Positions 39,330-49,006 of a stretch of 64,000 bases of DNA are shown here, piece after piece. Under the pieces are notes generated by a model. The model did no database searches. It was not told where the DNA came from and worked only from the letters and a program-made list of their open reading frames with translations. The number at the start of each line of letters is the position of its first letter. The stretch's first letter is position 1. The stretch comes from Polyangiaceae bacterium (GTDB taxonomy: Bacteria; Myxococcota_A; Polyangia; Polyangiales; Polyangiaceae): positions 1,696,001 to 1,760,000 of the forward strand of contig CBDCTZ010000016.1 of assembly GCA_965222375.1 (NCBI GenBank), given 5' to 3'. Position numbers and translations under genes: made by a program.

Positions 39330-40988
39330 CTACTGGCGGCATCGGCGCAGACGCCCCAGTGCCAGAGCGAACAGCGCCGCTATCCACCAAGCGCTTGAAC
39401 TCGCCGGGGACGAGGTGCGACAGGCGCACCCGCTATCGTCGCTGGACTCCTTGTCCGTTGCGGAGTTGGCGCCCGAGCCGGCACTGCCCGCAGCAGCGCC
39501 GCTGCCCCCCGCGCCGCCCGCAGCACCCGAGCCCGCACTACCACCCCCCGCACCCGGTGTGCCCCCCGCACCCGGTCCGCCTCCGCCGCCGCCCGTTCCG
39601 GCGTCCGGAACTGCGGAACCATCGTGCCATTCGTAGGCGCCGACATCGTGCGCGCTGCCCTGGGGCCGCGGGATGCCTTCGATGTCGATGTTCGGAGCCT
39701 TATCGCTTGCGCCCTTGTCGATGGCGGGCGCCGTGGCGAGCAGGTGCACGTCATAGGGTGGCGCCACGAAGAACTTCTTGGCGTCGTCGATGATCATGTT
39801 GGAGTCCTCGGTGACCCCATTGCCCTCGTTGGCAAGATCCGTGGTCAGGTTGTTGCGCACCAGGCCGCTAGAGGGCGTGCCGTTCTTGTGGTCGCCCACC
39901 TTGATCCACGGCGGGCCGGGCTTCTCTCCGTTCACGTCCAGTACGGTGTTGTTGACGACTAGAGCGTTGATCGCTCCCAAAAGCGTGATGCCATGCCAGT
40001 GATCCGTGATCACGACGTTGTTCTCGATCACCCAATCTCGGAACATGCCGTCGAACATGCCGATCCCCTGCAGCGTGCAGCGCATGGGCTGCTTTTCGTC
40101 CTCGTAGTTGATGAACATGTTGCCGCGCAAAGTGACCCCCACCACTTCGCCCGTGCCGACTTTTCCGTCACTGCCCTTGCTCCAGGACTGGAAACCGTCG
40201 TCGTGGTTGGCGTTCACGTCGTAGCAATTCTTCACCAGGTTGTATTGGAACGTCGTGTAGTCGCCCAATCCACGCAGACCGTCGCCGGAGAACCGGTTGA
40301 CGGTGTTTTTCTCGATCAAGGAGTCGGTCGCGCCAGAAGAGATACCGAAGTCGACGTCTTCGATCAGATTGCCGGTGATGGTGATGTTCTTGCCCCCTAC
40401 GGAAATGCCATTGGCGGCTTTGGAGTCCCAATCGCCGGCACTCCAGGACGACGTATCGCTGACGGACCGAATCGAGAAACCGGAAATCGTGACGTCATTC
40501 ACCGGGCCGCTGTGATTGTGATTCGAAACGGACACCAAAGTGCTGTTGTCGTACTTGGCAGCTAGCTCGCGATTCACGTGCAGGCCTTGGATGATCCAAT
40601 TCGAACTCGACCGCACCTCGAGCTTGCTCAGCTCGGGCTTTTCGCCGGACGCAGGTGCGATGGTGATGGCCGACGCATTGTAGTGCCCGCTGATGGTGAC
40701 CTCTCCGTGATACCCGCTGTAGAGCACGATTCGGTCGCCAGCTTTGATCGGCGCGCCAGCGTTCTTGGCTTTGAGCTTCTTGCCCGCCGCGTAGGGTAGG
40801 GAGTCCCAGTTTTGCGTCTCCACCAGGTTGGCGGCGATCACCTCCTCGAGGGTCTTCCAGGGCTTGGCGCTGCTTCCGTCCCCGCTGCTCGCTCCCTTGG
40901 CGGGATCTACGTGGAAATCTTTGGCTTGGGCAGCCGCTGCGAGGGACAGAGCGGCCAAGGCGGACAAGACGCTGGGCAATGCTTTCAT
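39330..40988 (-). CDS. Secreted parallel beta-helix protein with MYXO-CTERM anchor
   Basis: GDGSSAKPWKTL, NHDDGFQ, beta-helix turns, DVGAYE, Gly linker, SGCAC...WWIAALFALALGRLRR. Confidence 0.85.
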   Translation of the reverse strand: MKALPSVLSALAALSLAAAAQAKDFHVDPAKGASSGDGSSAKPWKTLEEVIAANLVETQNWDSLPYAAGKKLKAKNAGAPIKAGDRIVLYSGYHGEVTISGHYNASAITIAPASGEKPELSKLEVRSSSNWIIQGLHVNRELAAKYDNSTLVSVSNHNHSGPVNDVTISGFSIRSVSDTSSWSAGDWDSKAANGISVGGKNITITGNLIEDVDFGISSGATDSLIEKNTVNRFSGDGLRGLGDYTTFQYNLVKNCYDVNANHDDGFQSWSKGSDGKVGTGEVVGVTLRGNMFINYEDEKQPMRCTLQGIGMFDGMFRDWVIENNVVITDHWHGITLLGAINALVVNNTVLDVNGEKPGPPWIKVGDHKNGTPSSGLVRNNLTTDLANEGNGVTEDSNMIIDDAKKFFVAPPYDVHLLATAPAIDKGASDKAPNIDIEGIPRPQGSAHDVGAYEWHDGSAVPDAGTGGGGGGPGAGGTPGAGGGSAGSGAAGGAGGSGAAAGSAGSGANSATDKESSDDSGCACRTSSPASSSAWWIAALFALALGRLRRCRQ

Positions 40989-41083
40989 GGCAAGGCTCAG
41001 CCTACGGCCTGGCCGAGGCCGAAGCCCTTACGCTTGCTGCGCGGATTGAACGGGCGCCCCGCGCCCCGGAAATCCCGGGGATT

Positions 41084-41776
41084 TCACCGCCCCGGCTGCG
41101 CGTTGCCCAGACGCAGCGGGGCGTCCAAGGCGGTCTCGAGGCGCTCCAGGTAGGCCGCGCGGGATATCGCGAAGGCTCCTAGGGACTCCAAATGTGGCGT
41201 GACGAACTGGACGTCAAAGAGCTGCACCCCAGCGGCAAACAAAGACTGAATCGCCGCGATCAGCGCGAGCTTGGACGCGTTGGACTCTCGGTGAAACATG
41301 CTCTCTGCCGCGAACAGGCCGCCTACTTGGACTCCGTACAGCCCACCCACCAGCGCCGGGCCGTGCCAGACCTCGAAGCTATGTGCGTTACCGCGCTCGT
41401 GTAGCTCCACGTAGGCTTCAATCATCTCGGGCAAGATCCAAGTGCCGCCCTCGCGCTCGGCGCAGAGCATCATGACGTGGCGAAAAGCGCGATTGCAGGT
41501 GACGGAAAACGACGCGCGCCGCAGCATGCGCTGCATGCTGCGAGAGATGTGTAATCGCTCCAAGCTCATCACCGCCCTAGGGTCCGGTGACCACCACAGG
41601 GGCGGCAATCCGACGTCGTACCAAGGAAAGATGCCACTCTCGTAGGCGCAGAGTAGGCGCGAAGGATTCAAGTCGCCGCCCACTGCGAGCAGACCGTCGT
41701 CGTCCGCGGTTCGCGGGTCCGGGAAGGCGTCTGGCGCCCCCACCCCCAAGAACACCGGTCTACGTCTACCCCGCAC
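41084..41776 (-). CDS. aat: Leucyl/phenylalanyl-tRNA--protein transferase
   Basis: GLLAVGGDL, AYESGIFPW, WWSPDPR, AHSFEVW, LVGGLYGV, ESMFH, DVQFVTPHLESLGA. Confidence 0.95.
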   Translation of the reverse strand: MRGRRRPVFLGVGAPDAFPDPRTADDDGLLAVGGDLNPSRLLCAYESGIFPWYDVGLPPLWWSPDPRAVMSLERLHISRSMQRMLRRASFSVTCNRAFRHVMMLCAEREGGTWILPEMIEAYVELHERGNAHSFEVWHGPALVGGLYGVQVGGLFAAESMFHRESNASKLALIAAIQSLFAAGVQLFDVQFVTPHLESLGAFAISRAAYLERLETALDAPLRLGNAQPGR

Positions 41777-41814
41777 GCCTTTCAGGATAAACCATGGCGG
41801 CGCAGCACGCTCGC

Positions 41815-42717
41815 TCAGGGCTCGGAGAGATGCGCGTCCAGGGCGTCCAAGCTGTCGAGGGCGACGAATCCCTCGGGCAAATCCAGCTCGGGCACGCGGC
41901 GGCCCCCCACCAAGACAGTCGATTGGGCCGGCATCTCCTCGGCGATGGCAGCGAGTTCTGCTTCCGCTTTGGACTTGCTCAAACTCACGATGGAAAGCAG
42001 CACTCGCTGGGCCCCGGAGCGTCGCGCAGCATCCGCGATCTCGGACGCTGGCAAGTTGGGGCCCAAATACACGCTGCGGTGGCGGCGCATGGCCGCAAGC
42101 AGCGCGGCCATGAGTGCGCCGAGTTCATGCAGTTCACCGGCTGGAGTGGTTGCGATGCATGTCGCCTCGGTTTCTTTCGGCTGTAGGGTCCGAAGCAGAC
42201 CGCTCAAGTGCCCCCGCACCAGCGCGGTAGCTGCGTGCTCCTGAGCCACACAAAACTCTCCCGCTTCCCAAGCCGAGCCCGTATGTTCCAACACTGGGAC
42301 GATCACCTTCTGCACGACTTCGAAGGGCGGCAGGATGGCGGTGGCGCGGAGCAACACCTGCTCCGCGCCTTCCACGTCGAGAGCCTCGATGGAGTCCAGA
42401 TAGCGCTTCACGAAGGTCTCGGAGCGAGTGTCGTCCAGTTGCGAGACGCGATGCTCGTCGAGTAGCCCGGACAGCTCTGAAACATCCAGGCGCGCCACAT
42501 TCGAGATGCTGTGCCCGTAGGCGAGCAAGGACTTGATCAGTCGCAATCGCGCGACGTCCGCGTCCGTGTACAGGCGGCCACCGGCTTCGGTTCGTTCGGG
42601 AGCTAGCGCATCATAGCGGCGCTCCCACGCACGCAGGGCGTGGGTGGTGATACCCACCATACGGGCCACGGTACCGATTCGGTACCTGGCCGGGCCGGCC
42701 CCGCTCTCGGGGATCAC
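41815..42717 (-). CDS. carH: MerR-family B12-binding photoreceptor/repressor (CarH/LitR)
   Basis: MerR HTH with RAWERRY, Wx9EH (WEAGEFCVAQEH), ExHxxG (ELHELG), YLGPNLP, VLVGG; last gene of crt operon; GTG overlapping upstream TGA. Confidence 0.85.
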   Translation of the reverse strand: MIPESGAGPARYRIGTVARMVGITTHALRAWERRYDALAPERTEAGGRLYTDADVARLRLIKSLLAYGHSISNVARLDVSELSGLLDEHRVSQLDDTRSETFVKRYLDSIEALDVEGAEQVLLRATAILPPFEVVQKVIVPVLEHTGSAWEAGEFCVAQEHAATALVRGHLSGLLRTLQPKETEATCIATTPAGELHELGALMAALLAAMRRHRSVYLGPNLPASEIADAARRSGAQRVLLSIVSLSKSKAEAELAAIAEEMPAQSTVLVGGRRVPELDLPEGFVALDSLDALDAHLSEP

Positions 42718-43292
42718 GTCATCGTCCAAGCCGCGAGAGTCTCCGAGACGCCAACATAGCCGTCGAAATACCACGCCCACCACCCGACCATCATGATCAA
42801 GTGGCCCACGAAAATGCCGACGTGGCTCCACATCTCCACCCGATCCGCGCTCTGGGTCACATAGCGCCGCCAGTGGAAAACCTCGTCGATCAAGCTGTAC
42901 ACGAAGGACAGCACCGTGAGCACCATGGCTGGCACCCACAAGAGCTTCGTCGAGTAGGCCGCACACAGCAGCACGCAGCTGCCGACCCCGCAGAAGATCG
43001 TGATGCCATGCACCAAGCCTTCGCCCTTGCTGATCTCTTGTTTGTAGATCGTGCGATGACCAATGGTGTCGATGGCAATGCTCAGAGCGAAAATGGTCGC
43101 GCCGATGGGCACCATCCAGGCTTCGCCGGGATAGACAACTCCGTTGCTGTGCCCAAAGTACAGAAAACCACCGGTGCTGAAGACGAGCCCTAGCATGAGC
43201 CCGACCCAGCTGACGTATGCGCTCCAATCGGTCTTGTCGAACTCACGGGCTCGGCCTACGTAGACTGCGACTTCACCCGCAAAGGATGTCAT
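42714..43292 (-). CDS. Uncharacterised membrane protein in crt operon (orfX)
   Basis: About 5 hydrophobic segments; DTIGHR/EGLVH and DEVFHWRR/EMWSH motifs; overlaps both neighbours. Confidence 0.8.
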   Translation of the reverse strand: MTSFAGEVAVYVGRAREFDKTDWSAYVSWVGLMLGLVFSTGGFLYFGHSNGVVYPGEAWMVPIGATIFALSIAIDTIGHRTIYKQEISKGEGLVHGITIFCGVGSCVLLCAAYSTKLLWVPAMVLTVLSFVYSLIDEVFHWRRYVTQSADRVEMWSHVGIFVGHLIMMVGWWAWYFDGYVGVSETLAAWTMT

Positions 43293-44262
43293 CGGGAAAC
43301 CTCACGACTTTGGAAAGGGTTGCGCGTTGAAAGGGTGTGACTGAGCGCTTCGGAATGCTCAGGGCTTCGCGAGACACGGCGCGAAGCGCCAGGGCGAGTT
43401 TGCGGCGCTTGCTCACCACGGCGCGTCCAGCCAGCACGTTCAGATCCCGGCGCCGCAACTCCTCGCCGATCTCCGCGTACACCTGCGCCGCGGTGCGAAT
43501 CGAGACCGCCGCGCGAAAAGGCAAGTGCCACAAGCCCGCGTGCCCCGAGCGATAGTAGTGGTCCGCCGTACCCAGCAGCTGATCGAGGGCGCCGGCGAAA
43601 CTGCCCTTGAGTTCAGCCGGAAACGCCGTCCCGATGCGTGTCTGGAGCCCCGGCGCTCCGTGCGCTGCCAGCACGGAATCGGGCAGGTACAGGCGATCCC
43701 GCGTCCAATCTTCGGCCACGTCGCGGCAGATGTTCGTCAGCTGCATGGCCATGCCCAGGTGAGCGGCATGCACCAAGGCGCGCTGTTCGCGCACGCCGAG
43801 CACGTGGCACATCATCAAGCCAACGACGCCCGCCACGCGATGGCAGTACAAGAGCAGGTCGTCCATGTTGTTGTAGACCGCGCCGTTGACGTCCATCTCC
43901 ATGCCGGCCAGGAGCTCACGCGGGTACTCGGAATGGATCTGGCGCTCGAACGCAACGTGCTGAAACGCGCGTAACACAGGATCCGATTGCGGCGCGCCGG
44001 AATACACGTTTGCGAGCTCGGTCCGCAAGCGACGCAACGCAGGAATCGCTTGCGCTGGCGGAACGTCGTCAATGGCATCATCCACGCGGCGACAGTACGC
44101 ATAGACCGCGGCCGCCTCGTTCTGCGCTGTCGCTCCCAGGAGCCGTGAGGCTAGGTGGAAGCTTTTGCTGTGATGCGCCAGCGCACCACGGCACACCGCC
44201 AGATCGGCGGCTGCACTTGGGGTTGTGGCTCCAGGCAGCGTGAGGGCGATCTGCTGCGTCAT
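43273..44262 (-). CDS. crtB: Phytoene synthase
   Basis: HSKSFHLAS, YAYCRRVDDAID, YCHRVAGVVG, AMQLTNICRDVAED, RLYLP. Confidence 0.95.
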   Translation of the reverse strand: MTQQIALTLPGATTPSAAADLAVCRGALAHHSKSFHLASRLLGATAQNEAAAVYAYCRRVDDAIDDVPPAQAIPALRRLRTELANVYSGAPQSDPVLRAFQHVAFERQIHSEYPRELLAGMEMDVNGAVYNNMDDLLLYCHRVAGVVGLMMCHVLGVREQRALVHAAHLGMAMQLTNICRDVAEDWTRDRLYLPDSVLAAHGAPGLQTRIGTAFPAELKGSFAGALDQLLGTADHYYRSGHAGLWHLPFRAAVSIRTAAQVYAEIGEELRRRDLNVLAGRAVVSKRRKLALALRAVSREALSIPKRSVTPFQRATLSKVVRFPDDILCG

Positions 44263-45794
44263 GCTGCAGCCTCGGAACGAATTCCAAAGTCCTCCAGGAC
44301 CAACTGGGTGGTGGCCTTCGCGGAATTGATCACGCCGGGGAGCCCTGCGCCCGGGTGGGTGCCGGCGCCGGTGATGTACAGCCCGGGGATCTTCGGATCA
44401 CGGTTGTGTGGCCGGAACCACGCGCTCTGGGTCAGCTTCGGGGCGACCGAGAAGGCGGAACCATTGTAGGCGGACAGCTCCGTCACGAAATCCTGAGGTG
44501 TGAACCAGCGTTTCGTGATGACTTCTTGCCGCAGATTCGGCATGTGTCGCTCTAGGGAGCCCAGGATGCGGTTAGCGTATTCGGGCGCCGCCTTGTTCCA
44601 ATCGATGGGCGCGTTGCCCAGGTGGGGCACTGGCGACAGCACGTAGAAGGTTCCGCAGCCCGGAGGCGCCAAGGACGGATCGGTCACGGTGGGCGCGTGA
44701 AGATACAGACTGAAGTCGTCGGGCAGCGTGCTGCCATGGAAAATGTCCTTCAGCAGCTCCTTGTAGCGCGGCCCGAATACGACCGTGTGGTGGGCGATGT
44801 CGTAGGTGCGCTTGGTGCCGAAGTAGAGAACGAAGAGCGACATGGACCAATCTGCGCGCTCTAGCTTTTTCGTCATGCGCTGGGCGTCGGTGTTCTCCGC
44901 GTACAGCTTGGAGTAAGTGTGGTGAAGGTCGGCGTTGGAGACGACGGCGCTGAAGGGCTCGCTCTCCCTCGCGTCGCTACTGACCCAGTGGATGCTGCCT
45001 TCCGCGCCAGTGTCGACGCGAATGCCGCGTACGGGCGTGGAGAGGCGGATCTCGCCGCCCAGCTCTTCGTATAGCTGCACCAGACCTCGCACCAAGGCGC
45101 CGGTGCCGCCGCGGGGGAAGAACACGCCCCACTTGCGCTCCAGGTAGTGGATGAGCGTGTAGATCGCGCTGGTTTCGAAGGGATTGCCGCCCACCAGAAG
45201 CGAGTGGAAGGACAGCGCTTGGCGGACATGCTCGTCCTCCACGAAGCGCGCCGCGGTGGAGTACACGCTTCGGTCTGCTCGCAGCTTGGCCAACTGCGGA
45301 GCGACTCTAACCATGTCCCGAAAGCGCAAGAACGGCGTCGCCGCAAGCTCCTCATAGCCCTTCGCGAAAACGTCCTTGGTGTAGTGCACGAAGCGCTGGT
45401 AGCCCTCAGCATCCTTCGGATTCCGCGCTTGGATCTGCGCGAGCATATCGTCGCCGTCCCCGGTGTAGTCGAAGCTGTCGCCGTCATCCCAAGCCAAGCG
45501 GTAGAAGGGATTGACGGGTAGGAGCTCCACGTAGCGATCCATGTCCCGCCCCGCGACCTGGTACAGCTCCTCGATGCAGTGCGGCGCCGTGATGACCGTT
45601 GGACCCGCGTCGAAGGTGAAGCCGTCTTGTTCGTAGACGTAGGCGCGGCCGCCGGGCTTGTCCCGAGCCTCGAAGACAACCGTCGAGGCTCCGGCAGCCT
45701 GCAATCGAATGGCTGCCGCAAGTCCGCCAAAACCGCTGCCGACCACGGCGACGCGCGCCGCTTTCGGATGACTGCCACTGATTCGATCAGACAT
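44259..45794 (-). CDS. crtI: Phytoene desaturase
   Basis: GSGFGGLAAAIRLQ, FDAGPTVIT, LTQSAWFRPHNRD, GAGTHPGAGLPGV. Confidence 0.96.
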   Translation of the reverse strand: MSDRISGSHPKAARVAVVGSGFGGLAAAIRLQAAGASTVVFEARDKPGGRAYVYEQDGFTFDAGPTVITAPHCIEELYQVAGRDMDRYVELLPVNPFYRLAWDDGDSFDYTGDGDDMLAQIQARNPKDAEGYQRFVHYTKDVFAKGYEELAATPFLRFRDMVRVAPQLAKLRADRSVYSTAARFVEDEHVRQALSFHSLLVGGNPFETSAIYTLIHYLERKWGVFFPRGGTGALVRGLVQLYEELGGEIRLSTPVRGIRVDTGAEGSIHWVSSDARESEPFSAVVSNADLHHTYSKLYAENTDAQRMTKKLERADWSMSLFVLYFGTKRTYDIAHHTVVFGPRYKELLKDIFHGSTLPDDFSLYLHAPTVTDPSLAPPGCGTFYVLSPVPHLGNAPIDWNKAAPEYANRILGSLERHMPNLRQEVITKRWFTPQDFVTELSAYNGSAFSVAPKLTQSAWFRPHNRDPKIPGLYITGAGTHPGAGLPGVINSAKATTQLVLEDFGIRSEAAA

Positions 45795-46821
45795 AGCTGG
45801 CCTCCAGAATCTCCAACTGCGCTTTCAAGTGCGTGGTGACATGTGACCTTCCGGTCACCTTTTCAAGGCTGCTGTGAGCGCCCAGGAGCGTGGAGTGGAT
45901 GTGACCGGGAGCGTGGTCGCCGAGCCGCGCTCGCAACTCCTCCGCCAAGTACTCCGGGTGCCGATCGCGTTGGCTGACCTTGCGGCCCATCTGAGCCAGC
46001 TTGGCGTAGGACAGCTCGTCCAATTCTTGGGACAGCCACGCCCAGGGCCAGGTCGGCCGGGCGAAGATCAGATCTTCGTGCCCCTTGTGGCAGCGGGCTT
46101 CGCTCACGATGCCGCCCCAATCGTCAGCCATTTGCAGCCCCACGCCCAATGCGTGGCCGAACTGCGCTGCGGCGCGCGCGATCTCCGCGTTGGCTCCCGC
46201 AGCGACTGCACCGAGCTCCAGGGCCATGCGACCGAGCGCGCCCGTCTTCAGCGCGGTCGTGGTTCTCGTCACCGCAAACACGTCACGCTGGGCAAGCTCC
46301 GTGACGCGCACGGAAAGGTCCAAGGCCTGACCATGGTGAGCCGCGAATAGCGTGCGATCGATGATGCGACGCATCGACAGTTCTTGGGCTGGGTGTAGCT
46401 GCATGCGGCCCAGAAGTTCGTGGGGCCAGAAGTACAAGAAGGAGCCGGCGTTGAGGGCGCGCGCCGTCCCGTGCACCACGTGAAGCGCGGGTGCGCCCCG
46501 GCGGTAGGCGGATTCATCTTCGATGTCATCGATGATCAGCGAACCCGCGTGGAGAGATTCCACGATCGCGGGCACCTCGGGGGGCATGTCCCTGCCGCCG
46601 CCCAACTCGTAGGCTGCTGCAACGAGGCGGGAGCGAAACTCCTTCCCCGGCCGGGAGAGGAAGTCAGCCAGAGGCCCATACAGGGATTCAGACCAGCACT
46701 CCCAGGGAACGTCCTTGGCTTCGGCTCCAACCGTGCGCTGCAGATCTTCCGAATTGAAGTGTTCGTCCAGCAATTCGGACAGCAGAGTCCGTTTCGAGAG
46801 ATCCAGGGCGGCTTGGCTCAT
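45787..46821 (-). CDS. crtE: Polyprenyl (GGPP) synthase
   Basis: PGKEFR, LHAGSLIIDDIEDES..RRG, GQALDL, LKTG, QMADD; crt context. Confidence 0.85.
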   Translation of the reverse strand: MSQAALDLSKRTLLSELLDEHFNSEDLQRTVGAEAKDVPWECWSESLYGPLADFLSRPGKEFRSRLVAAAYELGGGRDMPPEVPAIVESLHAGSLIIDDIEDESAYRRGAPALHVVHGTARALNAGSFLYFWPHELLGRMQLHPAQELSMRRIIDRTLFAAHHGQALDLSVRVTELAQRDVFAVTRTTTALKTGALGRMALELGAVAAGANAEIARAAAQFGHALGVGLQMADDWGGIVSEARCHKGHEDLIFARPTWPWAWLSQELDELSYAKLAQMGRKVSQRDRHPEYLAEELRARLGDHAPGHIHSTLLGAHSSLEKVTGRSHVTTHLKAQLEILEASYV

Positions 46822-47966
46822 TGGGTTGCTCCTCCAGTCATGAATGACGAAATGCGAATTCCCTGCGGAGGTCGTCCGCAGAGAACCCGGGCACGGTCGA
46901 AGGCCGTGGTTTGATGGGCGTAGAAGCGGCGAATCGTCGGTACGCTCAGGCGGTAGAAGCGCTCCAGGACGTGCCAGCGGTCTTGCGGGGCGAACCCGTT
47001 GAAAAGCAGGCGGTTCAAGAAGGTGCTGAAGCGCAGTTGGCGCGCTTGCTGAGTCACCAGCTCATGGAATCGCTCGTCATGCACTCGGTCTGGGGTGCGA
47101 GTCGCGATGTGTTCCGCGAGCCGGGCTGCGACGGGGAAGCTGTAACCCGTCGTTGGGTGAAACCAGCCGCCGGCGTAGCCCGCCCGAAGGGGAGCCGCGC
47201 TTGCTCGGGGCGGCGGCGCGCGCAGGGGTAGAGGCAGAACACCTTGCTCCTGTCGCGTGATGGCCGAAACGGACAGCCTCTGGGAGAGGGCGTACGCCAG
47301 CACTTCGTTGCGCACATGCCCGGCGTCGAGATCCGGAGACGTCGAGAAATACGTGTCCTCGATCAGCACGCGGCGCGGGCTGAAGGGCAGCACATACATG
47401 AAGCGGAAGCCGTCACTCTGCGGCACCCGCGCGTCCATCAAGATGGGCGACTGGATGGGCGCATCACGATCCAGTTCCAGTTCCAGTCCCACGAACTTCT
47501 GCCAGCCGGAGACCTGTGCAGACCCCAGAGCGCTCGGGCCCCGAGAATCGACGACGAGCGTGGCGTCCAGGCAAGAGTCGTCGGAAAGAGTCACGCGAGT
47601 GGCAGAAACGTCCGTGACTTCCACCCCGAGCCGCAGGGACCAACCCAACTTGTTGAACAAGCCTTCGACATGCGTGCCGAGGCGCTCGCTGCTGACCGCG
47701 GCGTAGGCCTCGTCGAGTCGGCGGTGGAGGTTCGGGAAGTGAACGTCGTAGTGCTCGAAGCGATGCACCACCACGGGCTCCACGACGGACTGCATCGTCG
47801 GAGTCAGGTCGCCGGCGTGGAAGCACCACAGGTGGTTGCCGCCGACGCGCTCGCCACGTTCGACCATGGCGACTCGCAACCCCGGTTGGTGCTCGGCCAG
47901 GCCGAGGGCCACCAGCGCGTTTTGCAGCCCTCCACCAACCAAGACTGTGTCGAACTTGTCCATCAC
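46818..47966 (-). CDS. crtY: Lycopene beta-cyclase, CrtY type
   Basis: VGGGLQN, GGNHLWCFH, WQKFVGLE, PILMDARVPQSDGFRFMYVLP, IEDTY, FHPTTGYS, ERFYRL. Confidence 0.92.
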   Translation of the reverse strand: MMDKFDTVLVGGGLQNALVALGLAEHQPGLRVAMVERGERVGGNHLWCFHAGDLTPTMQSVVEPVVVHRFEHYDVHFPNLHRRLDEAYAAVSSERLGTHVEGLFNKLGWSLRLGVEVTDVSATRVTLSDDSCLDATLVVDSRGPSALGSAQVSGWQKFVGLELELDRDAPIQSPILMDARVPQSDGFRFMYVLPFSPRRVLIEDTYFSTSPDLDAGHVRNEVLAYALSQRLSVSAITRQEQGVLPLPLRAPPPRASAAPLRAGYAGGWFHPTTGYSFPVAARLAEHIATRTPDRVHDERFHELVTQQARQLRFSTFLNRLLFNGFAPQDRWHVLERFYRLSVPTIRRFYAHQTTAFDRARVLCGRPPQGIRISSFMTGGATQ

Positions 47967-48049
47967 TCGTCTAATTCTTGTTTAAGATATGACTCGACAA
48001 TTGATGGGTGTCAAGCCATGATGTCTAAATGTTGTATAACTTTTCTGGA
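47957..48049 (-). promoter_or_regulatory. crt promoter with two triplets of 11-bp CarH-type direct repeats flanking TTGACA
   Basis: Minus strand: TCCAGA-N5-TATACA-N5-TAGACA, TTGACA (48009-48014), TAAACA-N5-TAGACG-N5-TGGACA. Confidence 0.7.
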
Positions 48050-48082
48050 TCGGGTCTCGAGCCTGGCTCCCGGCCCCTGCCC

Positions 48083-49006
48083 ATGGGCGGGTTTTCCGCG
48101 CTTTCTCGGCCCACCCTGCTGAATGTCGACGGGGTGACCCATCGCTACGGCGAGCGGGTGGCCCTGGACGATCTCCGTCTAGACGTGGTCCAGGGCGAGA
48201 CCCTCGGCCTGCTGGGGCCCAATGGCGCCGGGAAGACCACGCTGATGAGTCTGATGAGCGGGCTCTTGGCGCCCCAGCAAGGAACGGTGGAGCTACTCGG
48301 CGTTGGCCAGCCCCGCCGGTCAGCGGCTCGTCGTCAGTTGGGCTTCGCGCCGCAACGCTTGGCGCTCTACGAGGAATTCAGCGCCGAGGAGAACATCCGC
48401 TTCTTCGGGCGGCTCTTCGGCCTATCGGGCTCGCAGCTCAAGACGAGGGTCGAGTGGGCACTCGGCCTGGCCGAGCTGACCTCCCGGCGTCGGGATCGGG
48501 TTCGAAGCTTTTCCGGAGGCATGCAGCGACGCTTGAACCTGGCTTGCGCCGTCGTACATGCGCCGCGCTTGGTCCTCCTCGACGAACCTACCGTCGGTGT
48601 GGATCCACAGTCTCGGGATCACATCTTCGCTTCCCTGGAGCGCCTCAAAGCAGATGGCCACACCATCGTCTACTCCACCCACTATATGGAGGAAGCGGAA
48701 CGACTCTGCGATCGTATCGCTGTGATCGACGCCGGCCGCGTGCGAGCCTGTTGCTCCCTGGATGAGCTGCTCGAGGCGCACGGTGGTGGCTACCGAGTCA
48801 TCGCCAGTCTGCATAGTGCGCCGCCGGAAGACCTGGCGGCTCCCGTCTATCGCGACGGGCGCGCGGAGTGGCCCCTGGCAACCGCCGCAGCTGCTGCACA
48901 ACTCGCGGGCCGTCTCGGACCCTACGTTTCGCAGCTCAGCATCGCACCACCCAGCCTGGAGCGGGTCTTCTTCAACTTGACCGGACACTATTTGAGGGAC
49001 GAATGA
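48083..49006 (+). CDS. ABC transporter ATP-binding protein (ABC-2 exporter type)
   Basis: GPNGAGKTT, FSGGMQRRLNLA, LDEPTVGVDPQSR, STHYMEEAERLCDR. Confidence 0.92.
   Translation: MGGFSALSRPTLLNVDGVTHRYGERVALDDLRLDVVQGETLGLLGPNGAGKTTLMSLMSGLLAPQQGTVELLGVGQPRRSAARRQLGFAPQRLALYEEFSAEENIRFFGRLFGLSGSQLKTRVEWALGLAELTSRRRDRVRSFSGGMQRRLNLACAVVHAPRLVLLDEPTVGVDPQSRDHIFASLERLKADGHTIVYSTHYMEEAERLCDRIAVIDAGRVRACCSLDELLEAHGGGYRVIASLHSAPPEDLAAPVYRDGRAEWPLATAAAAAQLAGRLGPYVSQLSIAPPSLERVFFNLTGHYLRDE

Noticed and set aside
40707..40716. GTGATACCCG as a third copy of the 27-mer
   Set aside because: Only about 10 nt match, inside ordinary coding sequence; expected by chance.
41815..43227. 470-aa ORF as listed
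   Set aside because: The first 170 codons overlap orfX; the MerR domain starts at GTG 42717.
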